A DNA stretch of 40,695 nt from Ministeria vibrans ATCC 50519 (GCA_943704425.1 CALSCP010002358.1:1-40695), one strand, 5' to 3'. Shown: positions 9,362-21,600, numbered from the stretch's first letter. Numbers and translations are program-made. Notes: generated by a model from the letters alone, not told the origin.

Positions 9362-11386
9362 ATGCTCGCTTACCGCTCCCTGATCATATGGCTTGTGCTG
9401 ACCATTGGGTCGGTGTCAGCACAGTTCTCCTGCCCAGACTCGACTTGTAAAACGCCCCTGGCGATGTGCGTCTGCCCCACGGGCGGCGATGACTTCGTGC
9501 CCGAGATGCCAACGTGCTCTCCCACCTACACGTACGTCTGGCCTCAACCCGCCGATGCGAGTTTTTGCGCCATGCTGGCAGACACCACCACAACCACCAT
9601 GCCACAGCCTGTCGCTGCTTCCCCCAGCACAACATTCCCTGAGCCAGTCGACGCCTGCAAGCAGCCGGGCGCCACTTTTTCCAACACCAAAATGATCACT
9701 GTGTACGAGTCGGACACGACCCTGTGGACCGACGAGGGTCTTGTTTACCCCGATGCAATTCCTCGCGGTGTCATCTTTCTTGCAGCAACCTCAGGCAGTG
9801 CCGCGCCTTTCTCGCTGTACACATGTCTTCTCATTGCGGTGCAAACGCGCGACATTTTTGGCACGACTAAAATTGAATATATCAGGCGCCAGTCAAACAC
9901 CGCCACCATCACCTCTCAGTTGCTTTCGTTGACTCTGTCGCCAACGCGCGACGTACTGATTGCCTTGGGCGACACCTCGATTCTTCCCGTGCGAATCAGC
10001 TTCCCAAATGCGGAGTCACCCTGTGTCCAGTCGTGGGGCTGCTCGCGTACACCGTCAGGCTTCCAGACGCTTCCCCTGATAACCTTTCCCTTTCAAGCGT
10101 ATCCCAACACGCTGGCTGTTGCCTGCAACGAGACTTGTATGCTGGGGGTCATTTCAAATCTTGGTATCTCCCAGGGTCCCAACTACCTCCTGGCTGGAAC
10201 TTTTTCCGTCGAGAACGGCTTAGAGGGCGATTCAACCTACTTTGACGCCTCCGCGGGGGCTCTGCCGGACACTCCCGTTTCCCTTGTCGCAGTGACCGGT
10301 AGTACTTTTATCTTTGGCTACGGCACCACTGTCAATCAGCAGCCCACCTATTGGCTCACTCCTTTCGTGAGCACCACCGACTCACTGTACGAACCGCAGG
10401 CCTTGGTACTCAACACCGTCACCCGTGGCCAGCCTTTTTCCGCCACAGCGTATCCCGTTGGCTCGAGTATGCAGGCCGCGTATACGTTTCAGACTTGCCC
10501 AACATGTGCGTTTATGCTCTTTGTCACCACCAATTGGGATCCAACCACCGCAGTGCTCCTCATTCGCGTTCCCGTCACTATTCCCATGGCAACCAATGGT
10601 GGCGCATCCGTAGTCGAACTCGTGTCGCTTGCGCCGCTCTACCCGCAGACTTTTGCACTTTTAGTCTCCGAGGTCAATTGGGATTTGGGTCTGTACATCA
10701 TTGATACGTCGCAATACGATCGCAACATGGGAGCATACGTGGTGGGTACACCCTACTACCGTGCCGTCATGTCCCAGCAGTTCAGCACTGTGGGCGTCAA
10801 CTTTGCCTCGGTAACCGCCGTCGCCCGACAGTACTGGCCATTGGAGGCCACTTCCGAGGTGCAAATGTCTGCTTTTTTGGCCATTGCGCTCGATCACAAT
10901 GGTGGTGCTCTGAGCACCATTGGCCTTGGCGTGCTGGACAGTACTTCGACGTGTACATCAGGCACTTCGTACACGCAAGCGGGTGCAAATTCCTTTTGTG
11001 TGTGCCCCAGTCCCACCACTGCTCACTCGCTCACCTGTGCGCCCGTCTCGTGCTCGGGTTCCCCGTGCCAGGCTCCCTCTATGTGTTCGTACACCGGCTC
11101 ATGTGCACTTCCATTCGTTCCGACACCCACTGCAGCACCTCCACCTCCGGCGGCACCATCGGCCACTCCGCAGCAGGGTGCCACCGGAGGCAATTATAAA
11201 AGCATTGCCATCATCATCGCCGTCGTTGCAATCTGTCTTATTGCCCTTCTCATTGGCGTCGTCGTCTGGCAGCGCAGTCGCATGAGCAAGCTAAAGTATT
11301 CCGGCAGTAGCAGTCACAAAGAGGTGCTCTTGCAAAACGTTGTGGACAGCGACCCCAGCATCTCAACAGGCTACCGCAGCTACTGA
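9362..11386 (+). CDS. Uncharacterised intronless type-I membrane protein, 674 aa
   Basis: ATG9362 begins a signal peptide (MLAYRSLIIWLVLTIGSVSA|Q). It is followed by a Cys-rich N-terminus, a Thr/Pro linker, a ~430-aa beta-rich region, a Cys-rich module, a Pro/Ala stalk, TM IAIIIAVVAICLIALLIGVVVW and a short tail ending TGYRSY. Confidence 0.85.
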   Translation: MLAYRSLIIWLVLTIGSVSAQFSCPDSTCKTPLAMCVCPTGGDDFVPEMPTCSPTYTYVWPQPADASFCAMLADTTTTTMPQPVAASPSTTFPEPVDACKQPGATFSNTKMITVYESDTTLWTDEGLVYPDAIPRGVIFLAATSGSAAPFSLYTCLLIAVQTRDIFGTTKIEYIRRQSNTATITSQLLSLTLSPTRDVLIALGDTSILPVRISFPNAESPCVQSWGCSRTPSGFQTLPLITFPFQAYPNTLAVACNETCMLGVISNLGISQGPNYLLAGTFSVENGLEGDSTYFDASAGALPDTPVSLVAVTGSTFIFGYGTTVNQQPTYWLTPFVSTTDSLYEPQALVLNTVTRGQPFSATAYPVGSSMQAAYTFQTCPTCAFMLFVTTNWDPTTAVLLIRVPVTIPMATNGGASVVELVSLAPLYPQTFALLVSEVNWDLGLYIIDTSQYDRNMGAYVVGTPYYRAVMSQQFSTVGVNFASVTAVARQYWPLEATSEVQMSAFLAIALDHNGGALSTIGLGVLDSTSTCTSGTSYTQAGANSFCVCPSPTTAHSLTCAPVSCSGSPCQAPSMCSYTGSCALPFVPTPTAAPPPPAAPSATPQQGATGGNYKSIAIIIAVVAICLIALLIGVVVWQRSRMSKLKYSGSSSHKEVLLQNVVDSDPSISTGYRSY

Positions 11387-11419
11387 AAATAATAATCAGA
11401 AGAAGAATACAAAATACGA

Positions 11420-11515
11420 TTAATTATAATAATAATAATAAAAATATAATAATAATAATTATTATTTTTTTATTTTTATTTATTATAATAATATTAAGAT
11501 TATGATTATTAGTAC

Positions 11516-11588
<73 letters not shown>

Positions 11589-11590
11589 GT
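11420..11590. repeat. (AAT/ATT)n low-complexity tract
   Basis: Seen directly. Confidence 0.9.
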
Positions 11591-12211
11591 TAATCGATGA
11601 CAACAGTAGCAGCTATGATTTTTTCTGATCGAGTGGAGAAGCAGCCGTCGTTGACGAGGACCTCCTCGGCAATGCGGTTGACCATGCGGTTGCCTTTGCG
11701 CTCCGGTAGCTCGTGCGCATTGCGAGGGAGACGCGTCTCGATCAATGTCAGTGCCCCCCTGCCCCCCGCTCACCCCCCACCNNNNNNNNNNCCTGCCCCC
11801 CGCTCACCCCCCACCCCCGCCCTGTCGCCGTGGTGTGAGTGTCCCGGTCACTGGCCACCGCCAACAATGTACGTAAAGCATCCGAGTGTTTGGGCGTTGA
11901 AGCGTCCATGCTGTTGGCTCCTGGCGGTGTCACAGGGGAGTGAGTGCGGGTGAGCTCAGGGACGAGAGATGTCCTCTCGCACTCGCTGTGCCTGCGCCTC
12001 TCTTCGAATTCCTCAAATTCATTGCGTACGCTGACTATGAGAGCGTATTTTATATTTTACACAATTGGGTGGGCCTATAGTCACTCCATTCTTTTGAGGT
12101 TAGTCTATGGTGGAGTCATTGTATAATTCGTCTTTTTTTTCCCTCGATTGAGATCTTTGAATATATAATTTTTTGCAAGTCGCAACTTGTCTCTCTCTTT
12201 CTCTACGGAAC

Positions 12212-14968
12212 ATGGTGGATGCATATGAACCTGTTCCCATCGTGGAGAAGCTTCCTGTGGTACGTCTGTTGAAATGTGTGTGTGTTTTTCCTGGACGACA
12301 AATGAACAATGGCCGCACGCCAAACTCTCTTTGGGGGCTCTTTACCTTGGAGTACTAACCCTTCTGCCTTGCTTTTTCTGCAATGGCGTTTTGTCATTGT
12401 CCGAAGTTTCTCAGCCAAGAAAAAAAAAATCCATTGAAACTTTTTGTTCTGTTCCGTAGCAAATCGAGTCGATTGCGACGTGGGGACCTCGGCTGATTGT
12501 CGGTACCAAGCAAGGCTTTCTATTAGTCTACGAAATCCAGGTGAGCAGCTCGCTGGGAGGCAGGCGTGCCTGAAACTTGAGCACTGTCCTTTTCCTTTCG
12601 CTCTTGCTCCTCCTCTGTGCTTGCCCAGCTCTCTCTCTCTCTCTCTCCGTCCTTCTCTTTACTCTTGACGCGTGTATGTGTGTGCGTGTGTGTCGAGCCG
12701 CTCGCTTGAAGCTCTTCTGGATTGTGTATTTGTCTCACAAAACATTTTGTTTCTCTATTGTGCACAATCTTCCTTCCTCTCAGCGACTTCTCTCTCCTCC
12801 TCTCCCAATTCCTTCTTTTCCCTCCTCTTCCCAGCTACTTCATGATTTGCTGTCTTCTCAACGTGTTCTTCTCCATTACTTTGCTGACGTACCCCTCGTT
12901 CCCTCTCCCTCTGTTAGGCCAATGCACCGGGCACCGGTGACACCCCGTTCAACGTGACCCTTCTGGAGACGAAGCGATCTTTTGCGAAGAAGCCCATTGT
13001 GAAATTGACCGTTGTCGAAGAGTACGGTCTGCTGATCAGTCTTTCAGGTGAGGCGAGTTCACAGACGAAACGAAAATAATCTCACTTTGTGTGTTCCGAT
13101 GCACAGACAACTATGTGCATGTCCACGAACTATCGACGTTTGCACTGCGTACGCAGATGGCCAAGACGAAAGGGGCGACATACTTTGCTGTGAATGTGCA
13201 GAGTGGCGCAGACGAGGCGGCGCGTAAGGGTCCGCGGGGGAGCCTGCGACTGTGTGCGGTGGTGAAGAAGAAGCTGGAGCTGTATGTGTGGCGCAACAAT
13301 GAGTTTTTGGAAGAAAAAGGGCTGACGGTGCCGGACGTGGCGCGCACAGTGGTGTGGTGTGGCGATTCGCTGTGTGTGGGCTTCAAGAAGGAGTACAATT
13401 TGATCCAGACCAAGACGGGCGCATGTACCGAGCTGTTTCCGACGGGTGTCAAGAACCCCGAGCCCATGGTGACGAGTTTGCCGAACAACGAGTTGTTGCT
13501 GGGCAAGGACCAGATTAGCATTTTCTACGGGTACGATGGGAAGCCCGCGCGCAAGTTTGGTCTGCAGTGGTCGGCTGTGCCGGTTGCGCTGGAGGCGTCT
13601 CCGCCTTACGTGCTGGCACTGTTGCCTCGCAACGTCGAGATTCGCACCATTGAGACGCAGTTCCTGGTGCAGACACTGGATCTTCCAGGTGCACGGCTGG
13701 TCTCGCAGGGGGACGCCATCTACTGCGCGAGCACGACGCATGTGTGGCGCATGGTGCCGCTGTCGCTCGTGGCGCAAGTCGACCAGCTGGTCAAGCAGGT
13801 GCAGTTTGAAGAGGCACTGCATCTCGCCGAACGCATCGACTCGCTCTCCGACGCCGACAAATCGGCCAAGATTCGCCAGATTCGCACTCTGCATGCTTAC
13901 CATTTGTTTGTCGCGCACCGCTTTGATCAATCGCTGGCCATTTTTGGCGACCTCAACACAGACCCACCGCAGGTCATTGGGCTCTATCCGGGCCTGCTGC
14001 CGGCCGAGCTGCGAAAGCAGATTGTCTCCAACTACCCCATTACGCTGCCAGAGCTGTCGGGGCCCGAGCTCGAGAAGGCCCTTCTGGCATTGATTGACTT
14101 TCTGGCGAACAAGCGGTCGCGTCTCAACAAGGCGGCTTTGGCCGCAGCCGCAGTGGTAGCCGCAGCAACAACAGGCACAGAAGGAGATGCAGCAGCAGCA
14201 GTAGCAGCAGCAGCAGCAGTATCATCATCAATCGGGTCAGGGACAGGGTCAGACGCACTGGCAAGTGAAGACGCACTGATGGATGAAGTGACGCGACGCG
14301 AACTATGCCAGATCATTGACACGACGCTGCTCAAGTGCTATTTGCAAACCAACGATGCGATGGTGCCGTCGCTGCTGCGGGTTGCCAATCACTGTCATGT
14401 CGGGGAGAGCGAGAAAATGCTGCGCAAGTGTGAGAAGTGGAGTGAGCTGGTGATGCTTTATCAAGGCAAAGGGCTGCATCGCAAGGCACTTGAGCTCCTG
14501 CGCAAGTTTGGCGAAGACCCACACACAGTCGGGAGTCTCGCGGGGACACAACGCTCCGTCGCGTACATGCAGAGACTTGGAAGGTGAGTGAGTGAGTGAG
14601 TGAGTGAGTGAGTGAGCAAAGGGACTGAAACTAACAGAATGACTTGTCAATTTATCTCCTGTTCCATTTTCACCTTCCCTCCTCTTTCTTTTTCTCTTAC
14701 AAAGCGCGCATCTTGAGTTGCTGATGGAGTTCTCCCGGTGGGTCCTGCACGCCAGCCCCCTCGACGGTCTTTCCATCTTCACCGGCGACTTTCCTGAAGT
14801 TGATGGCATCCCTCACGCTCCAGTCGTCGCCCTCCTTCAAGATGTCGCCCCTGCTCTCCTCACCGACTACCTTGAGCACATTATTGGTATGCGCTACTAT
14901 TCCCATCATTCATTTTCCGTTTTTTTTAAGAATAATATAATAATAATTATTATTATAATAATAATATA

Positions 14969-15015
<47 letters not shown>

Positions 15016-16551
15016 TGATAATAATAAGAAGAATAATAATAATAAAAATAATAATAATAATTATAATAATAATAATAATAATTTTTATTATATTATTTTT
15101 CTTTTCACATTCTAATCACTCTGATCCTTTTCTGATCACACTTTCTATCTTCATTAGACGATGCGGGTGAAATTGGCGCTGAGTTTCATAACAAACGAGT
15201 CATTGGCTATTTGGAACGAGTAGAGCAATTTATGAAAGGTAGAATATATAATAACTAATTTTAATCCGTCTTAGTGTTACTCTCTACTTGATTACACTTT
15301 CACACAAACGCTCATTCTACCTGACTCACTCTTTTTCACTTTTTTTTTTCTCTCTCCTTGCTCCATCTATCTGTCTCTCTGTGTTTGTGTTTGTGTCTGT
15401 GTCTGTGTGTGTGTCTCAGGGGGTGTTCGTGCGTCTCCGGGTGAAGGACGAGTGCGAGCGGGCACTGAAGCGGGTGAATTGGGTGCTCTCCGCGCCAAAC
15501 TTATTGCCTTCCTTGAACGCTCTCTCTATTACAATCCAGAGAAAATGCTCTCTCGTTTTCCAATGGATGGTACAAAATCAACACTCTTTTGTTTTTTTTT
15601 TCTCTGATTTTTTGTTTCTTTTTAGCACTGTATGAAGAGCGAGCGATTCTGTTGGGTCGCATTGCGCGACACGACCGCGCACTGAACATATATGTGCATA
15701 AGCTCAATGATTTTGAAATGGCCGAACAGTACTGTGACAAACATTACAATCGGGACAAAGAAGAGGTTAGTGTAACCCTAGCCCTAATCCAAATGATAAA
15801 GTGAAACCCTAACCTTACTAATTCTCTTTAGTCTCGTGATGTCTATGTGTCTCTCTTGCGTGTCTATCTGGCTCCGCCCGATGGCGAAGCACCGAATCTG
15901 CCACCCGCACTCACTCTACTGGCAAACCACCACTCGAGAATCGACACTGCAAAAGTACCCATTTTGCATACAGTGGGTGATTCCTTGACACACACTGTGC
16001 CTGTTTTCGTTTAGGCTCTTGAAATGCTTCCCATCGACACTCCCATTGGCGGTCTCTATCCGTTTATTGAGAGTGTTTTGGTCGAGAACTGTCGCGCCAG
16101 AAAACGCAACCAAGTGTTGCGCGCACTGCTCAAATCAGACCATTTGCAGGTTTGTCTCTAACTCCCTCTGTGTCTCTTTCTCATTATCATTTCCTACCGT
16201 GTGTGTATTTTAGGTTCAGGAGCTCTTACAACAGTACCAGTCGAGACGAGTGATCATTACGGAAGACCGAACGTGTCCCGTCTGCACAAAACGAATTGGA
16301 AACAGGTTCGTACAAACCCCCCCGCGAAATTTCGAGACCCTAGCCGTAGCACACTCAATCCCTTCACACCAACACCAAATTCTCACTATCTCGCCCGCAA
16401 ACAAAGCGTCCTTTTGCTCTCACTCATCTCTTCTTTTTCTCTTTGTGTCCCTTCCAGTGTGTTTGCATGCTATCCTAACAACGCAGTAGTCCATCACATG
16501 TGTAAGGAGCGTTTTGAGGCAATGCGACTCAATGGCCAAATGAAAAACTGA
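12212..16551 (+). CDS. VPS39: Vps39/Vam6, HOPS complex subunit (CNH domain, clathrin-repeat region, C-terminal Zn finger); 12 exons
   Basis: Exons 12212-12259, 12460-12540, 12918-13047, 13107-14583, 14705-14886, 15158-15238, 15420-15569, 15626-15765, 15832-15954, 16015-16149, 16214-16305, 16458-16551, all GT-AG and phase-consistent. Motifs: MVDAYEPVPIVEKLP-QIE...LIVGTKQG, IIDTTLLKCYLQTNDA, KGLHRKALELL, LYEERAILLGR, CPVCTKRIGNSVFACYPN...HHMC. Confidence 0.95.
14931..15082. repeat. Intronic (AAT)n tract in VPS39
   Basis: Seen directly. Confidence 0.9.
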
Positions 16552-16672
16552 CTCATTCATGTTATACCCTACTTGTTATAACGTTTATATTTCTTTGCAC
16601 AAAAATCGGATTATCAGTAGTATATATTTTAGACAGGAAGAGTGAGAGAGAGAGAAAGAAAAGCAAAAAATC

Positions 16673-17657
16673 TCACAGTTTAGAGTTTGCGACATTCGTT
16701 TGGGGGAAGTTGATTTGCAGAGAATCGCGGAAGAGCTTTGCGCGATTGTCAATGTCATTGTCATAATGATAGTTGATGGTGAAACCAGCGCATCGGTCGA
16801 GTGCGGTGGGTGACGTGTCACCGTTAAAGTTGATTCGAGCGAGTTGAGCGCCATTTGAGAGATGGAACTGCGCGACAGAATCGCAAAGGGACACTTTGGC
16901 ATTATTGCGTTGTGGGGTGGTCGCTTGAAGGTAGGCGTGCAGCTGTGAGAGGAGACGTGCTGGGTTGGTTGTTTCGAGAGGAGTTGGTGCGTGGAATTTG
17001 CGCAAAGGACCGACAGGTGAGAGTGTGTACACTTGGATGGAGGGAAATTCGTCGCGAAGGCAATTCAGAGCACCCTTGATGAGAACGCGCCCACCACCGA
17101 TGTGAAGCATGCCAGGAACACCCGTTGTGGAGATGGAGTAGCAGCTTGCATGCGTGACTTGGCCTGCTTGCTCGGTTGGGTCGATGGTCATGACACGCTG
17201 AATGGATGCAAATGGCTCGTTTGCGGAAAGCGCGGTGTAGATGCTCGCAAGCGGCACATCAGGCTCATCAATTGGTCGCAAGATGTACGCCCGTCGAAGT
17301 GGGTGAACGATGCGCTGCCGGAGGTGCTCGAGATTGGGACTTTTCTGGACCTGTTCGATGTCATTGAGCCGACGGACAAAGGGCGGCGCATAGTGGGTCT
17401 GCTGATCGAGCTTGAACACTTTGATCCGACCATTCTTCAAGCTATATAGCACGTGGAGAGTTAGAGCGGGGAGCTGGAAGACCTATTCAGTACCTGTCAC
17501 GCAGATATTCAGTCGATGCGCTGTAGAACTTTTTGTGCGTCTCACACGAGAGTGAGCCGGCAATTTGGCCACGGAGTGTCACCACGGAGGACACAAGGCT
17601 ATTCTGAAGAAAGGCAGCGATGCTTCCATGTTGTGCAAGGATCGCTTTGAGCGACAT
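16673..17657 (-). CDS. MLYCD: Divergent, compact malonyl-CoA decarboxylase-like protein with PTS1 (-SKL), ~310 aa, 2 exons
   Basis: Exons 17657-17494 and 17441-16673, with a 52-nt GT-AG intron containing a CTAAC branch. Motifs: CYSIS...G...LIKG...LRDEFP...TLSP and DSVAQFHLSNGAQLARINFNGDTS...GFTINYHY. Ends ANSKL. Confidence 0.8.
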
Positions 17658-17825
17658 GGACTTTCAACAATAAAAATAATAATACTAAAAACTAAAAGGT
17701 TAAAATCAGACAAAAATAACTCGCAAAACACAAACCAAAGGTCAAAGAGTAGCACAATAGTTCCACCGTAGACTAGACAGGCGTAGACTTCTAATGTCAT
17801 ATGAATTATAGATCTCTTATAGTAT

Positions 17826-18303
17826 TCAAATTGTGAAACTAAACACCATTTGCGCGCACCGCTCGACGGCCGTCAAGTCATCGCCACCGACGGGCAGCTG
17901 GTACGTCTCAACATTTACAACAACGTCCGGGTGCCGATAGTGCCATGATGGCACGGCGTCGACAAGGTGGAACGCAGAGTGCGGAGTTTCCGCAGATAGA
18001 TACATACAGATCCCGCAAGGAGCAGAGCAAGGAGACTGACTGACGCTTTCGCTGAGCGACTCGACGTCCAAACATGAGACGGCCACGGGCGGTGCAATCA
18101 CACGGAGTGCTGAAAGCGGCGTCGATGGCAGGAAAGTTGAGGCCATTTGGGTTATAGACGAGCGTTTGCGGCTGTTTGGCGAGACGCACCACTCGGAATG
18201 TCTTAATGCCTTCAACTTCGCCACTGCTGCTGAGGGTCAGCAACACTCGCCACGCCGGGATGGAAATGATGCATAGTGGATCGTTCTCAACGCGTAGAAT
18301 CGG
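17826..18303 (-). pseudogene. Possible frameshifted remnant of a Crinkler-type restriction-endonuclease-fold gene
   Basis: LVYNPNGLNFPAIDAAF occurs in one frame and FHLVDAVP...VETYQLPV in another. No in-frame ATG, and upstream stops. Confidence 0.25.
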
Positions 18304-18678
18304 TTAGAGACTCCAGCTTGTAGCCATCGTGTAGGTGAAGACGATGCGTCAAGAATGTGGTGAATAAATAAATTGATTGATTATGTCGATCTGGAAAAAA
18401 AAGTAAACTAAAAAAATAAATTAATGTTCAAATATTTCAATACATTATCTTCTTGGCTCCTCGCCCACACCTCTATTGCTTGAATTTTACTTGATTCTCC
18501 CTGCTCTCCATCGCTTGCGTGTCTAACATCTTTAGTATGCCGTTTTTTTTTTTTTTAAAAAAAAACGAAAAGAGTTACCTTTTTGTTAAATGGATTCTGA
18601 CGGTCTCTTTTAGGGACTCGACACCCATCTCGTTCCCTCTGCCTTCTGCTGCCCGCCCTTGCCGGAGATTGGATCAAC

Positions 18679-21600
18679 ATGCACGCATGGCAGGTTGTCG
18701 TGGTGCTTGCGGTGGCCGCAACGGGCTCGTTTGCGGCGTGCGGAGCGGGAATGTGTGCGAATGGCGGCACTTGCGTTGAGTACGCCTGGCCCTCGTCCGC
18801 CTCTCTCCAGTGCCTCTGCACCGCCGGCTTCATGGGAGATGCATGCGAGACACCCGTGCCTGCCCTTGCTGCCTGTGCAGCCAGCCCTTGCGACTCCTGT
18901 CACGGTAAATTCTTTCCGGGGGGGTTTTTTGTTTGTTTGACGTCAGAAAGTTTGGTTTGCTCGCTGCTCGCTCCTACTGGCAGTATCACACTCGCTCTTC
19001 CTTCTGATATTGTTTATATGCATGTGTATGAGTGTATGCGTCCTAGAAGGTGCTTCTATTCGCCTCACAATGTTCGGCTGACTTTTCGTCACGAAATATT
19101 TCGTCTCTCCTCACACATCCCCAAAGCGCCATTTCCATGCACCATACTCTTGGATATCATCCTTAAGACGCCATATCGCTTTGCCGCGTGTCTTTAAAGG
19201 CCGTATTTTTTCCGTGTGAAGAGTGCGGTCTCCGAATACGTCACTTCGATCTTGGTTTTCTTATCTTCTCGTCTCCCTGCGCTGACGTACCCCAGACACG
19301 CGCCCTTTGTACCGCATTACCCAGTGCTCATCCACACCCCTGCTTCTCTGTGCTAGGCGTACGAACTCTCTTCTCTTCTGTGGTGGGTCTTTCTTACTCG
19401 CACCCAAATGGGATTTATGGGTATGAGTTTGAGCTGCTTCGTGAGGCGACTCTCACCGCGCTGGGCATCTGGGACGACGGCTACGGCCTCGGCGTAACCC
19501 AAGAGGTGGTCTTGTGGGACGCAGTGTCCCAGGCGAGGGTCGCGTCTGTTGACACCCTTGCGGGAACCGACGGTCTCCTCTATGAGGGCGCCTACCGCTT
19601 CACCAATCTGACAGCGCCCCTTGTGCTGTCCGCCGGCAGCTACGTTGTCGCCTACAAGTACCACGCAGGGAACGCTCTACCGTACATCTACGATTATGTC
19701 AACATGTCGCCCTACGTGCGATTCGTGACGGCACGCGAGTCGTCCGTCGTCGACTCGGACGGACCTGTCTTTCCCAACACTCTCGTTGCGGGTCTGCGCC
19801 ACTTGGGTGTCTCCGTTGCCTTTGCGGATCTCTCGGCGGCACAGTGCCAGTGCGGCACAAGCACGCTCAACGGTCAAAACTGCGTTGCGTCCGATTGTAC
19901 TGCTCCAGCCGTCTGCAAAAACGGTGGTGTGTGTGCGCTGGACGACCAGTCGGCCGACACATGCTCGTGCGCGGCGCAATACTCTGGCGCAAGATGCCTC
20001 GACTTTGCACCCGACGCGTGTGTCTCCAACCCGTGCCAAAACGGCGCCACCTGCGCGTCAGACCCACTGACTGGGTTCACTTGTGCTTGTCCCGCTGGCT
20101 TTGTCGGTGACCAGTGTGAGCACACCAACCACTGTGGGAGCAACCCGTGTCAGGCCGGCGGCACGTGCCACCTGAACACGGCCACGAATTCATACACTTG
20201 CACATGTACACCCGATCGTACTGGCGTCACCTGCCAGTCGACGCTGCCCACAGTGGACTTTATTTCGTTGCTCCAGCTGCTTGCCGTTCAACAGGTCGCC
20301 GTCGTCGAGACAACCGTCATTCCCGAAGCAACCACTGTCATTTCCGAACCGACCACCGTGCTGGGTCCCGAGCCGACCACTGTCGTCCCGGCAGCGCAAG
20401 TGACGGGGGAGCTGTCCTCGTCTGTGGATGAGCCCGCATTCGGAGGCGATGTGGCACACGGAGGCGCAGTGTACGACGAGCCTCAGGACTCGCAGGCCAG
20501 CTATGCCGAGCCTCCACAACAAGACTATGCAACCATTTCAGAACCTCAGACGGTCGAGTCGGTCGTATCGAGTTTGTCGACAGCACAACGGTCCGCTGTG
20601 CTCGGTGTGCTTGTGACTGTCCCTGTGTCGCAGTCGTCGTCGGCTGTGGTCATTGAGACCCTCTCGGCCCTGACCAATGACCCCTCTAAGGTCGACACGA
20701 GTGGTGCCCGCTCCTCCCTCAGTGTTCTCGCGTCCGTCCAACAGCGCTCTTCAATCCTCTTGCGTGCCTCTGCAAGCGCTCGTCAGTCCACAATGGGCAC
20801 CGTGGCGACTCTGCTAACGACCAACCATACCATTGTGCGCGATGCGGCCAACCAAGTGCGCGCACAGAGCATCGGCCGTGTGACCGACCCCGCGTACGTG
20901 GTGGAAAATCTGCCGCTCACCATGCTCCCTGAAGTGGACGCGAGCGCGACGGGTCTTACGTGCGCGTCCACGTCACTCCGTGTCAGTGCCAATGTGGTCA
21001 CTGTGGTGGGTGGCACAGGACTCGCTGCCGACCTGGCATCAACGTCGCTTCAGGAGGGTAGCAATGGTGCAGCATTTGGTGCGGCTCTGGGCGCCCATCT
21101 CACAGCGCACGGCCACAGCTGTGTGTCGTACTACTTCAATGTACAGAACTCCAGTGCGCTCTTTGCGTCCGATGTCAGCAGCAGTGTTGTATCGCTGGGC
21201 TTGCGCAACTCGTCCCTCGTGCTTCCCGGTGGCAACCTGCCGGCCGGCAACGAAGTCACGCTCACTATCCAGTTGCTGGCGCCCCTCACGGCCGAAGACC
21301 AGCCCAAGGTGCAGTGCGTCTCGTGGAACTTTGACACGGCTGTGTGGTCGCGCGCTGGCTGTCGCCTGCTCGCAACACCCGCTGTGGGCGACACGACTGT
21401 GAACTGTGCCTGCACGCACATGACAAACTTTGGCATTCTCTTTGACGTTGATGGCGACACGTCCAACAGCGATACGCTCGCGCTTAGCATTCTGTCGTAC
21501 ACATCACTGGCGCTGTCCATTTGCGCGACCGTCTCCGTCCTCATCATTTATCTTCTTGTCTTCCCGCGTCTCCAGACAGGCCCCATTCGTCTTGTACTAC

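Noticed and set aside
14131-14270. Ala/Ser/Gly-rich insertion in VPS39
   Set aside because: GCA-repeat slippage in a loop that varies across the family; similar tracts occur in neighbouring genes.
15774-15820. CCCTAA-like telomeric motifs
   Set aside because: Only 3-4 degenerate units inside a 66-nt VPS39 intron; more likely branch-point-like CTAA sequence.
19188-19356. ORF-track start of the GPCR
   Set aside because: Intronic read-through. The signal peptide is in exon 18679-18904.
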